Notes: generated by a model not told the origin, from the letters alone. Positions 31,572 to 41,138 are shown, counted from the first letter of the stretch. The stretch: 64,000 bases of DNA from Candidatus Chisholmbacteria bacterium RIFCSPHIGHO2_01_FULL_52_32 (GCA_001816585.1 MHCJ01000003.1:778681-842680); one strand, 5' to 3'. Program-made: numbers and translations.

Positions 31572-32228
31572 TTAGAGGAGGGTTAATTGAAGGTTTGTTT
31601 GGTTCTCTTCAGATATTGCCGTTTTGTCATCCGTATTCCCGGGTTCACTTTGTTTTATTAAAGTCTGTAAAACGTTTGCTAATTTCACAAAATCAGCCTT
31701 ATATGCTTCCATTATCTTTTGGTTTCGCAGTGCAGCGGCTGGGTGGTACATCGGAAAGATGATAATCTTTCGCCCTTTCCATTCCACCCGATGGGCCTGG
31801 CCATGGATCCTGGTGATATAGACATCAGGAATGAATTTTCCCATACTGAATCTCCCTAGTGTTGCGATAATCTTTGGTTTAATTATTTGAATTTCCTCAT
31901 CAAGGTATGTCCTGTACGCTTCTATTTCTTCTGGAAGCGGATCTCTGTTCTGAGGAGGTCTTACCTTAAGGATATTTGATATCCAGACGTCCTCCCGCTT
32001 CAAGCCGTTCTCTTCGAGTGATCGGGTCAAGAGCTTTCCAGCCGGACCTACGAATGGTCTTCTTTCGACATGCTCATGATAGCCGGCTGCTTCACCGATG
32101 AACATAAGCTGCGCCTGCGGGTTACCTTCTGCGGGAACAATGTCCTTTACGCTCCTGGCAAGGGGAAGACTCTGGGCATCACTTTCCAGTCTTTCCATTA
32201 CCTTTTGTAATTCCTGTTTGTTGGTCAT
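31572..32228 (-). CDS. Uracil-DNA glycosylase family 4, cysteine-free variant
   Basis: MFIGEAAG, PFVGPAG, RPPQNRDP, YHPAAALR. Confidence 0.92.
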   Translation of the reverse strand: MTNKQELQKVMERLESDAQSLPLARSVKDIVPAEGNPQAQLMFIGEAAGYHEHVERRPFVGPAGKLLTRSLEENGLKREDVWISNILKVRPPQNRDPLPEEIEAYRTYLDEEIQIIKPKIIATLGRFSMGKFIPDVYITRIHGQAHRVEWKGRKIIIFPMYHPAAALRNQKIMEAYKADFVKLANVLQTLIKQSEPGNTDDKTAISEENQTNLQLTLL

Positions 32229-32269
32229 GCTTCGGATTATTCCTCTTTTCAGTTTCTTTTTTCTTTCCG

Positions 32270-33337
32270 TTACACCTTCGGGATGTATTCTGAAATGTTT
32301 GCCTCAGTAAGATGCAATGTTTTTGTTTCTCCTTCAACGATCTGCTTTGCCACCTTGCGGGTTATTCCCTGGATGTTACGCTGTAGAGTTCGGATTCCTG
32401 CATCGAATCCCAGGGGCCGCACAATTTTTGGCCAGAGTTCGTCATCGATTTGAAGGTTTTCTGCGGTAATCCCAGACTCCGCCATCGCTTCAGGTAAGAG
32501 GTATTGCCGTCCGATGTGAATCTTTTCGTCATCACTGTATGCCGGCATGCTAATCGGTTCAAGCCTATCCATGACGGCCGTTGCGATGTTGGTGGTGTTG
32601 TTCGCGGTGGTGACGAATAACGCTTCCGAGAGATCAAAGGGAAAGTCAATATAATGATCGACAAAGGCGTAATTCTGTTCCGGATCTAAAAGCTCCACGA
32701 GGACGCCCATGATGTCCGAGCGGGCTTCTTCGGAAACCCGATCAATTTCATCCAAGAGAATCACGGGGTTTTTCACCTTGGCTCGACGTAAGGCTTTGAT
32801 GACGTAACCCGGTTCCGCTTCCGGATACTGACGGGATTGCCCGCGCAGATCCCGCGCTGAACCCATTCCACCAAAGGGAATACGTGCAAATGGCCTTCCC
32901 GTTGCTTCCGCAATCGAATAGGCAAAGGTAGTCTTTCCGGTACCTACCAATCCCACCAGACAAAGAATCGGGGCATGGACCCGCTCTTCTTCTTTGTGTT
33001 TCTCGGATTTTAATTTTAATACCGCGAGGTATTCAATGATCCGTTCCTTCACCTCCTTTAATCCGAAGTGGTTCTTGTCAAAGATCTCGCGGGCTCTATT
33101 TAAATCCAGTACAGATTCGTTCTTTGCATTCCAGGGTAAATTGGCGACCCAGTCAATGTAATGGGTCACCCGATCATATTCGAGTGAATATCCTTCTGTC
33201 TGGGCAACCCTTTTCAGGCGATCCAGTTGTTTCTCTATTTCGAGGGAAAGCTCTTTGGGAAGCTCAGCTTTTTCGATTCTTATCCGAAGAGACTCAATTT
33301 CCTTTGCGAGCGGCTCCTCAACCATCAGGTCCTCCAA
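32270..33337 (-). CDS. Lon-type AAA+ ATPase module only (no Lon N-domain, no protease domain)
   Basis: YIDWVANLPW, HFGLKEVKERIIEYLAV, Walker A GLVGTGKT, Walker B ILLDEID, LLDPEQN..FVDHY...FDLS; ends after the lid. Confidence 0.9.
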   Translation of the reverse strand: MEDLMVEEPLAKEIESLRIRIEKAELPKELSLEIEKQLDRLKRVAQTEGYSLEYDRVTHYIDWVANLPWNAKNESVLDLNRAREIFDKNHFGLKEVKERIIEYLAVLKLKSEKHKEEERVHAPILCLVGLVGTGKTTFAYSIAEATGRPFARIPFGGMGSARDLRGQSRQYPEAEPGYVIKALRRAKVKNPVILLDEIDRVSEEARSDIMGVLVELLDPEQNYAFVDHYIDFPFDLSEALFVTTANNTTNIATAVMDRLEPISMPAYSDDEKIHIGRQYLLPEAMAESGITAENLQIDDELWPKIVRPLGFDAGIRTLQRNIQGITRKVAKQIVEGETKTLHLTEANISEYIPKV

Positions 33338-33392
33338 TGGGAATGAATGAAGTCATTATATCAGAGCTTTCAGTGATTAACTGGGGGTAGAT

Positions 33393-35672
33393 TTAGCGCC
33401 GATGAGGGTGAAAGGGCTTTCCGTGTTGACGGCCCTGAGGATGCTGCCACTGTTCTTTGGGGGAATTAAATCCCGGTTTTCTTTCGATTCCGGGGATACT
33501 TAAGTTTAATCTTCCCAGCTCGTCTATCTCTGCCACCTTCACCCTGAGCTTATCGCCGACTGACACCAGTTGGTTTGGATCGGAGACATATTCCTGCGAC
33601 ATCTTTGAGACATGAACCAATCCTTCTTTTCCCGGAAGGATTTCGACAAAAACTCCAAACGGTTGGACCCTTTTTACCACTCCATCAAATTCCTCTCCAA
33701 CCTGCACTTTTCGGGTGAGGCTCTCTATCCACTCTACTGCTTTCTTTATACCTTCGGCATCTGTTCCCGAGATGGTCACCGATCCATCGTCTTCAACATC
33801 AACGGCGGCCCCGGTTTCTGCAATGATTTTTCGAATCATCTTTCCTCCCGGACCGATGACCTCGCCGATTTGCTCCGGCGAGATCTTTAAAATTTCGACT
33901 CTCGGGGCATACTTCGACAATTGAGCTCGAGGGGATGGAAGAATGGAAAGTATTTTCTCAAGGATGAAGAGTCTCCCTTGCCTGGCTTGCTCGATCGCCT
34001 CGGCCAGGAGCTTTTCTGTAATCCCTTTCATTTTGACGTCCATTTGAATTGCTGTGATACCATCCTTGGTCCCTGCTATTTTAAAATCCATATCTCCAAT
34101 CTGATCCTCAAGGCCCTGGATGTCTGAGAGAATCGCGTATCTCTGTTTCTCCCCCATTCTCCCTTCGTAGATCAGACCCATTGCAATTCCTGCCACCGGT
34201 TTCTTCAACGGCACGCCAGCATCCATGAGAGAGAGGGTTGAGCCACAGACCGAAGCCATACTGGTTGATCCGTTACTTGAAAGGATCTCGGAGACAACCC
34301 GGATGGTGTAGGGAAATTCGTCCTCAGGAGGTATCATCGGTTCCAAAGCCCGTTCTGCGAGGGCTCCGTGCCCGATTTCTCTCCTTGAAGGCCAGCCCAG
34401 TCTCCCTACCTCTCCCACGCTAAAGGGGGGCATGTAGTAGTGATGCATGTAGCGTTTCGTACCCTCGCCCTCCATGGTTTCAATCCATTGCTCCAAGGAT
34501 GGCGCCGCAAGAGTAGTTATGGTTAAAGCCTGGGTTGTTCCTCTTTTAAACATTGCGGATCCGTGCGTGCGGGGGAGAAGGCTGACGTCGCCCGTGATTG
34601 GCCTTATTTCGTTCGTCTTCCTTCCATCGGGACGTTTCCCACTTCCAAGAATCATTTCTCTGGTTTTGTGCTTGACAAGCTTTACCAGCACGTCTTTTAC
34701 TTGCGTTTTACTCAATTCGGGTTCCTTTTCTGTGATCTGAAGCGTTACGGCATCGAAATCTGGTTCTCCCTGCTGTCCTTCTGGTTCCGTCAGCGTCTTT
34801 ACCAATTCCTTTGCATGCTGAGTCACTTTTTTCACAACTTCTGGATCTTCTTTCTTTTTCGGAATGGCTTGCTTTTTCTTCCCTACTTCTTTTACGAGCT
34901 TGTTTATCTCTTGAATGATTTTATTGATTTCGAGTCTGGCCGCCTCGAAAGCGCTTAGCAGGGTTTTCTCCGGTATCTCGTTGGCCCCTGCCTCCACCAT
35001 CATGATAGAGTCTTCTGTGGCGGAAACGACCAGATCAAGATCAGAGTATTCCCGTTCAAGGTGGGTGGGGTTTATGACAAAGTCCCCCTGGTTTGGTTTC
35101 TCTCCTTTTATGGGGTTTACTGGGCTTTGCTCGTCCTTCATTTCCTGATGAACCGTCTCAGGGTGTTGGGGGTTGGTGTTTTTCCCTTTGGGAATAAAGC
35201 CAACACGGACCGCGGCAAGTGGTCCGTCCCAGGGAATGTCGGAGATTGCCAGGGCTGCTGAAGTGGTAATGATTCCTAGGATGTCCGGATCGTTTTCGGC
35301 GTCCACAGATAGCACGGTGAGGATAACCTGGGTTTCGGCTGCATAGTTTTCCGGGAACAACGGGCGGATGCCTCGATCGACGAGCCTTGCATTGAGAATT
35401 GCATCGTCACTCGGCCTGCCCTCTCTCTTTACCCAGCGAGAGCCTTTAATCCTGCCTCCAGCGTAGAGTTTCTCCTGATATTCAACCGAGAGCGGGAAAT
35501 AACCCAGATCTTCTCTGATTCCTCCCGAAACCACGGTTGCCAAGATCATGGTATCACCATACCTCCCAAGCACTGCAGCGTTTGCCTGCTCGGCAAACCT
35601 TCCTACTTCAAGTTCGAGGGTTTTTCCTCCGATCTCAATTGTTTGTCGTACCACTTTATCCTGGCGTTCCAT
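33393..35672 (-). CDS. pnp: Polyribonucleotide nucleotidyltransferase (PNPase)
   Basis: RREIGHG, SNGSTSMASVC, GDMDFK, KH and S1 domains. Confidence 0.98.
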   Translation of the reverse strand: MERQDKVVRQTIEIGGKTLELEVGRFAEQANAAVLGRYGDTMILATVVSGGIREDLGYFPLSVEYQEKLYAGGRIKGSRWVKREGRPSDDAILNARLVDRGIRPLFPENYAAETQVILTVLSVDAENDPDILGIITTSAALAISDIPWDGPLAAVRVGFIPKGKNTNPQHPETVHQEMKDEQSPVNPIKGEKPNQGDFVINPTHLEREYSDLDLVVSATEDSIMMVEAGANEIPEKTLLSAFEAARLEINKIIQEINKLVKEVGKKKQAIPKKKEDPEVVKKVTQHAKELVKTLTEPEGQQGEPDFDAVTLQITEKEPELSKTQVKDVLVKLVKHKTREMILGSGKRPDGRKTNEIRPITGDVSLLPRTHGSAMFKRGTTQALTITTLAAPSLEQWIETMEGEGTKRYMHHYYMPPFSVGEVGRLGWPSRREIGHGALAERALEPMIPPEDEFPYTIRVVSEILSSNGSTSMASVCGSTLSLMDAGVPLKKPVAGIAMGLIYEGRMGEKQRYAILSDIQGLEDQIGDMDFKIAGTKDGITAIQMDVKMKGITEKLLAEAIEQARQGRLFILEKILSILPSPRAQLSKYAPRVEILKISPEQIGEVIGPGGKMIRKIIAETGAAVDVEDDGSVTISGTDAEGIKKAVEWIESLTRKVQVGEEFDGVVKRVQPFGVFVEILPGKEGLVHVSKMSQEYVSDPNQLVSVGDKLRVKVAEIDELGRLNLSIPGIERKPGFNSPKEQWQHPQGRQHGKPFHPHRR

Positions 35673-35742
35673 AATCAATCCTGGGGAAGCTTTCTCTAGA
35701 GGAGGAAAGCTTGTTATACAGTTCTTTCTTTTTTACGGAGCT

Positions 35743-36012
35743 TTACTTGGAAAGTCCGAGTTTGTTTACGATCTCTTTGTACCGAGCTTCGTCCTTTTTG
35801 AGTAAGTAATGTAACAACCGTCGTCTCTTGGAAACCATCTTTAAGAGTCCCCTTCTTGAATGGTTATCTTTGGGGTGATCCTTGAGATGTCCAGTGAGTT
35901 GGCCGATGCTCTCTGATAGAAGTGCTACCTGAACTTCTGGGGAGCCCGTATCTCCCTTTCCGGTAGCGAACTTCTGAATGATTTTCTTTTTCTGATCTGC
36001 GGTGAGTGCCAT
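35743..36012 (-). CDS. rpsO: 30S ribosomal protein S15
   Basis: [24 protein letters not shown]. Confidence 0.99.
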   Translation of the reverse strand: MALTADQKKKIIQKFATGKGDTGSPEVQVALLSESIGQLTGHLKDHPKDNHSRRGLLKMVSKRRRLLHYLLKKDEARYKEIVNKLGLSK

Positions 36013-36060
36013 GGTTTGTATGGAGGTATTTTACCAAACTTTCTTTCTTCTCTAAAGAGG

Positions 36061-37194
36061 TCAGTCCACTTTCGATGAACCTTTATAGATTTTCGGCTTA
36101 TTAAGCCAGTCTGGCTGGGGTTTTACACTCTGCCAACTTCGACCATCCTTTATCCCCTGAATTCCCGGGGTTCCCGGCTGGGGATTTCGTGTTGCTCCTT
36201 CTCCATGGGTTGTCTGGGTTATCGGTTGTCTGAATTGTCTGGATTGATCTCCCGTATCCCTTGTCGGTTCCGGAAGAATACTCGAAGGGGTGGAGATGTC
36301 GCTCAAATTTAGTTCTGGTTCAGCTAAGCTTGTGGGAGCAATCCCTGGGGGGGCCTGTGGCACTGGTCCCTTTCCTTGAGGGACAAATCTTCCTTGGTCG
36401 CTTCGATCTTGAGAAAAAGCTGGAATTCCTCCTTGAACCCACGGTCTTGACGCGGGCATTGGTTGTGTGCGCCTGGCTCCGGAACGGAGAAGCTCTGCAA
36501 CTGTTTCAAAGGTCTCTGGTCCGGCAAATGGTGCCTGGAAATTCTGGGTTTGTGCTTCGATACCTTTGAGTAGGTTTCCCGCAATGTCCACATCCATCCG
36601 TAAGCCAAGCTGCTTTATCAGATTGAAGATCAGCTCGCAGATCGATCCTTGAGACGACTCCACGACGTTCACTTGGCCGAATTTGGTGTTTGCCTGCGAT
36701 TTGTCGATATTGATGACCGCGGCTTTGTTGAATGCTTCTCGTTCCTTCTCATAGAGCTCCCCCAAACCCTCCAGTCTCTGGGCACCAATCACGACTATCA
36801 CTTCTGCCTGAATGCCTTCGTAGGAAAATTCGACGCTTTTGGTATCCAGAGGAGGATATCCTGATTTCGGTTGGATGACGAGGTTAAATTTCCCGGCGTC
36901 GACGTTATAGCTTACCTTTTCAATGGAATCTTCCTTGTAGTCGAAGGCAATGGTGAGATTCCGGTTGCCGACTTTATCGGAGATCTGATCGATTCCTACC
37001 AGACGGTTGTACTCTACCCGCATCTTCGTCGGGCAGCCGATCACGACGCTTTTCCCCGTTTCCTTCAATGCCAGATACAGTCCCAGCCCGGCGGCCGTAG
37101 TATCGAGGCTTGGATTTCCAGGGATGAGAACAAAAATGCTCTTGGCACTGTCAAGAGCTTTCTTGATTTCCTCAAGATGTTCTTGGGCAATCAT
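36061..37194 (-). CDS. Degenerate DHH-fold (NrnA-like) protein with Pro-rich tail
   Basis: DHH-like layout (PSLD, INIDKS, FGQVNVV, SICE) but metal ligands are altered; lies after infB. Confidence 0.75.
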   Translation of the reverse strand: MIAQEHLEEIKKALDSAKSIFVLIPGNPSLDTTAAGLGLYLALKETGKSVVIGCPTKMRVEYNRLVGIDQISDKVGNRNLTIAFDYKEDSIEKVSYNVDAGKFNLVIQPKSGYPPLDTKSVEFSYEGIQAEVIVVIGAQRLEGLGELYEKEREAFNKAAVINIDKSQANTKFGQVNVVESSQGSICELIFNLIKQLGLRMDVDIAGNLLKGIEAQTQNFQAPFAGPETFETVAELLRSGARRTQPMPASRPWVQGGIPAFSQDRSDQGRFVPQGKGPVPQAPPGIAPTSLAEPELNLSDISTPSSILPEPTRDTGDQSRQFRQPITQTTHGEGATRNPQPGTPGIQGIKDGRSWQSVKPQPDWLNKPKIYKGSSKVD

Positions 37195-38753
37195 GTTTCC
37201 TCAATTTTTCTATAGGATATTATCACATCTCCGAGTTTAAAGTCAACTTGGGGCTTGAGGATGATCCCGCACTCGGTCCCCTGTTTGGCACTCTCAATCT
37301 CTTCTTTGCCACGGTGAAGTGATTTGATCTTGGCATCCGATACCCGTTCTTCTCCTCGCTTCAGATGTATTGGTGAGATTTTTTTTATCTCACCGGTTTT
37401 TACCTTACATCCGGCAATGTGTTCCCCGTGAATTTCAAACTGGGCGATGATGACCGCCTCTCCGACGATCTCTTCATCGATGGTCGGTTCAAGCATTTTT
37501 AAGACTTGCTTTTCCAAATCCTCAAAGAGTTTGTAGATGATATTAAAGGTTTTGATCGTCACTTTCTCTGCCTCGGCGAGTTTCTTTGCCGAAGGTGTCA
37601 CTTCGGTATTGAAGGCATAGATTTTTGCTTCTGTGGCGGACGCTAAAAGCACGTCCGATTCGTTTACTTCTCCTATCCCAGACCCAACAATTTCCACTTC
37701 CTCGCTTAAGTTGGTCGTAATCGCCTCCAGTGTTCCTGCGATGTCTGTTTTCAAAATCACGTTCACCGTTTGTTTTTCCTTTTGTTCCTCCCCTTCGGCT
37801 GTCTCATCCTCCTTTGCTTCCTTGTTTGTCAGCGCTTGTTTTGGCTGCTCTTTTTCAGTCTTTACGATTTCCAGTTTTTTTTCTTCCCCTCTGATGGTCT
37901 GTCCAACGCCGGGAAGTTTCTTCCATCCCAACACTTCCACTGGAGTTGCGGGGCCGGCTGTCTCGACTGGCTTTCCATCCGCATCGGTAAGGGCTTTTAT
38001 CGTTATGGTTTGATCGCCGAGGGTCATTTTTGAACCAACCTTCAGTGTTCCATTTTTGACCAGCAAGGTAGCAAGGGGGCCTTTCCTTCTGTCTTGACGC
38101 GTTTCTATCACAACTACATCAAGCTCCCCTTGAGGATCGGCGCGGAGATCCTCAAGATCGGAAACAAGGAGGATCATTTCTAGAAGGTCACCTATCCGTT
38201 CCCCCGTTTTTGCGGATACCTCAACTAGAGGGATTTTCCCGCCGTAGCTTTCTACTACCACGTCTTCTTCCGCCAGTTGCCCTTTGACGCGTTCCACGTT
38301 GGCTTCTGGAAGATCGATCTTACTCACTGCAACCAAGAAGGGCACCTTGGCAGCGCGAATGTGCTGCAGGGCCTCCCGCGTCTGTGGTTTTACCCCATCG
38401 TTTGCGGCAATGACCAAAACGACGATATCGGTCACTTGAGCTCCGTGGGCTCGCATCTTGGAAAACGCGGCGTGCCCGGGAGTGTCAATGAAGGTTATCC
38501 TTCTCCCTTTGTATTGAATTTGATAGGCACCGATACTTTGGGTTATTCCTCCGTGTTCAGAGGCCACGACATTCGTCTTTCGGATCGCGTCCAACAGTGT
38601 CGTCTTCCCATGGTCAACATGGCCCATGAAGGTTACGATGGGTGGCCGCCTATTTTTCGGAGAAATGGAGGTCGATTCTGGCTTCCTTTTCGGGGGAGGG
38701 GACGATTGGCTTGATTGCGGTTTGGTTGTAGTGGTTTTCGATCTGGTTTTCAT
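37191..38753 (-). CDS. infB: Translation initiation factor IF-2, short form
   Basis: [35 protein letters not shown]. Confidence 0.97.
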   Translation of the reverse strand: MKTRSKTTTTKPQSSQSSPPPKRKPESTSISPKNRRPPIVTFMGHVDHGKTTLLDAIRKTNVVASEHGGITQSIGAYQIQYKGRRITFIDTPGHAAFSKMRAHGAQVTDIVVLVIAANDGVKPQTREALQHIRAAKVPFLVAVSKIDLPEANVERVKGQLAEEDVVVESYGGKIPLVEVSAKTGERIGDLLEMILLVSDLEDLRADPQGELDVVVIETRQDRRKGPLATLLVKNGTLKVGSKMTLGDQTITIKALTDADGKPVETAGPATPVEVLGWKKLPGVGQTIRGEEKKLEIVKTEKEQPKQALTNKEAKEDETAEGEEQKEKQTVNVILKTDIAGTLEAITTNLSEEVEIVGSGIGEVNESDVLLASATEAKIYAFNTEVTPSAKKLAEAEKVTIKTFNIIYKLFEDLEKQVLKMLEPTIDEEIVGEAVIIAQFEIHGEHIAGCKVKTGEIKKISPIHLKRGEERVSDAKIKSLHRGKEEIESAKQGTECGIILKPQVDFKLGDVIISYRKIEET

Positions 38754-38894
38754 CTTTTCTGAGCATCCATCCTTCTTTTACTCTTTCTTTTCTCTCCGGT
38801 ATTCTTCGTCTATCCTGGTTTCCCACAACGCGAATCGGCATGGCTATCTCTTTTTTCTTTCCCCTTTCTTGGGGTACTGGTGAAAGAAGTTTTG

Positions 38895-40064
38895 TTATTG
38901 GGCGAGTCTCTCCTTGATTTCGGCGATTGCCTTGGGGCCAAGACCTTTGATGTGTTTTAGTTCTTCTTCTTTCCTCTCTTTGAGTGATTCAAGGGAAGTA
39001 ATCCCAGCATCCACCAGGACTTTTCGAACCCTGGCTGTGAGTTTTAAGGAATCAATTTCATATTCCTCTTCGCCGGTCACCGAGATCGCTTTCTCCCCTG
39101 ATTCTCCTTGAATGTCGATTTTATATCCAGTGAGTTTAGCCGCTAAGCGCACGTTTTGGCCTCCCCTGCCGATAGCTAGTGAGAGTTGATCGTCTGGAAC
39201 CGTGACGGTTGCTTTTCTGCCATCCTTTTCTATCTCAACCTTGATTCCATCGGCCGGAGCGAGGGCTTGGGCAATAAAGGTCTGGGGATTGTCCGCATAT
39301 TGGATGATGTCAATCTTTTCTCCCGCCAGTTCGTTGATGACCGCTTGAACCCGAACCCCGCGTTGTCCCACACATGAACCAACCGGGTCGACACCTTCTT
39401 GAGTTGACGTAACCGCAATTTTTGTACGGTTTCCTGGTTCTCTGGCAATGGCCTTGATTTCTACTGCTCCGGAGGTGACTTCGGGAACCTCGCGCCGGAA
39501 GAGTTCTTCAATAAGCCCGGGGTGGGCTCGAGAGACAATGATAGCCTTTCCTTTCAGGGTCTCCCTAATATCGGCGATGTAGAACGCCAATCGCTGATTT
39601 AAACGATAGCGCTCGGTCCTGACTTGCTCTTGGGGCGGCATCACCCCTTGGCCTCGGCCAATGTCCACAATAATGTTCGGTCCGTCAAATCGGAGGACCA
39701 TGCCACTCAAGATTGTCTTCACCTTCTTGGAGTACTCGGCGATGATGGCATCTTTTTCCGCTTCGCGAACACGCTGTAGGATGACCTGTTTTGCGGTTTG
39801 AGCGGCGATGCGGCCAAATCCTGGGGGAGTAACGTCTTCCATTTTTCCCTTTTCGCCTTTTTTAAAGATGCTGGCCGCGCCGGTTAACGGATCTATCTCC
39901 ACCTCGTACTCGATCTCTTCCTCAAGACCATAGTCTTTCCGATAGGCGGCGAGGATTGCCACTTCGATGGTTTCAAGCACGACTTCCGGTTCGATTCCAC
40001 GTTCGGCGCAGATCTGGTTTAAGGCCGATGAGAACTCGGTTCTGGCTGCGGTTTGTGTTGCCAT
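38895..40064 (-). CDS. nusA: Transcription factor NusA with C-terminal HhH / alpha-CTD-like domain
   Basis: FGRIAAQTAKQVI, AREPG, DPVGSCVG, SLAIGRGGQNVRLAAKLTG. Confidence 0.98.
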   Translation of the reverse strand: MATQTAARTEFSSALNQICAERGIEPEVVLETIEVAILAAYRKDYGLEEEIEYEVEIDPLTGAASIFKKGEKGKMEDVTPPGFGRIAAQTAKQVILQRVREAEKDAIIAEYSKKVKTILSGMVLRFDGPNIIVDIGRGQGVMPPQEQVRTERYRLNQRLAFYIADIRETLKGKAIIVSRAHPGLIEELFRREVPEVTSGAVEIKAIAREPGNRTKIAVTSTQEGVDPVGSCVGQRGVRVQAVINELAGEKIDIIQYADNPQTFIAQALAPADGIKVEIEKDGRKATVTVPDDQLSLAIGRGGQNVRLAAKLTGYKIDIQGESGEKAISVTGEEEYEIDSLKLTARVRKVLVDAGITSLESLKERKEEELKHIKGLGPKAIAEIKERLAQ

Positions 40065-40070
40065 AGGAAT

Positions 40071-40105
40071 TAGCGTTTAGCGTATAGCGTATAGCACATA
40101 GGTTT
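40071..40105. repeat. Degenerate heptamer tandem repeat (TAGCGTW-like x5)
   Basis: TAGCGTT TAGCGTA TAGCGTA TAGCACA TAGGTTT. Confidence 0.75.
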
Positions 40106-40109
40106 TAAT

Positions 40110-40134
40110 AAAAAAGGTGGGTTTTCCCACCTCC
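40110..40134 (-). promoter_or_regulatory. rimP/nusA-leader-like attenuator hairpin
   Basis: Minus strand GGAGGTGGG-AAAA-CCCACC-TTTTTT between the promoter and nusA; resembles the GTGGG..CCCAC leader of rimP-nusA operons. Confidence 0.65.
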
Positions 40135-40157
40135 ATAAGCGTTCTTACCAAGTAAGG

Positions 40158-40186
40158 AGTTTACCATGAATCCTTCCATTGGTCAA
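40158..40186 (-). promoter_or_regulatory. Sigma70 promoter for nusA-infB
   Basis: TTGACC-17 bp-TAAACT with extended TG. Confidence 0.7.
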
Positions 40187-40259
40187 CTTTTAGCTTGCAC
40201 GCCGCATCGGGTTCGGATTGGCGCAGCGATGGTCTTTATGATGAATGTTTGGGAAGAAC

Positions 40260-41138
40260 TTACTCAAGCGTTTCTTGGAACTTTCTGAGGAGATCTTTTT
40301 GCTCATGCGTGAGGCTTTCTGGAACGTTCACAAGCAGTCGGACATATTCGTCTCCCCGTCCTCCATGATGTAGGGCGGGAGCTCCTTTTCCTCGGAGTCG
40401 GATCATCGTCCCAGGTTTGGTTCCAGGGCGGATCTTGATTGTAATTTCCCCATCAACCGTGGGGGCTTTGGTATCTCCACCAAGAGCTGCGATTGGAAAG
40501 GGTATCGCGTGATTGACGAAGATATCCGCGCCATCGCGACGAAAGGTCGGATGTGGTCGAACGTCAAACGTCACATCGAAATCTTTAAAGCGGATGCGGG
40601 TACCATCATCTGCCCCAGGAGGAATTTTAATTCTGTGCTCTTTCCCATCAATCCGAACGATTTTTTCGGCTCCCTTGATGGCATCCATGAAATCAATGGT
40701 TAAACTATAGCGGGGTTTCTGAGGTTCTTGTCTGAACGGTGAAGCGCCGCCGAAGAAGGATTCGAAGATTTCGAAGGGATCGGAAAAACCGCCGAAATCA
40801 ACACCTTCAAAAGGGCTTCCACCAGTTGAATAATAGGTGTAGGTGAAGGGACCGGACCGCTGGGTTTGACCTCCGAATCCAGCAAACGGCCCTCCTGCGA
40901 AGCCTGCACCCTGCTCAAACGCTTGGTGCCCGAAGCGGTCGTAGGCCTCCTTCTTCTTCGGATTGGATAACACCTCGTAGGCCTCGTTGACTTCCTTGAA
41001 TCTTTCCTCGGCATCCTTGGCTTTGTTGCGATCGGGGTGGTACTCGAGAGCTTTTCGGCGATAGGCCTTTTTGATCTCTTCTGCGTGTGCATTGCTAGAA
41101 ACACCGAGAACGTCGTAGTAATCGCGTTTGGTTGGCAT
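40260..41138 (-). CDS. dnaJ: DnaJ chaperone, class B (no Zn-finger domain)
   Basis: J domain with HPD, G/F-rich region, C-terminal domain; no CxxCxGxG repeats. Confidence 0.93.
   Translation of the reverse strand: MPTKRDYYDVLGVSSNAHAEEIKKAYRRKALEYHPDRNKAKDAEERFKEVNEAYEVLSNPKKKEAYDRFGHQAFEQGAGFAGGPFAGFGGQTQRSGPFTYTYYSTGGSPFEGVDFGGFSDPFEIFESFFGGASPFRQEPQKPRYSLTIDFMDAIKGAEKIVRIDGKEHRIKIPPGADDGTRIRFKDFDVTFDVRPHPTFRRDGADIFVNHAIPFPIAALGGDTKAPTVDGEITIKIRPGTKPGTMIRLRGKGAPALHHGGRGDEYVRLLVNVPESLTHEQKDLLRKFQETLE

Noticed and set aside
38650-38841. 63-aa ORF (MPIRVVG...) in the nusA-infB gap where ylxR usually lies
   Set aside because: Only the PIR start resembles YlxR; no CxxC or GRGAY motif, and it overlaps infB. 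At most an unprovable remnant.
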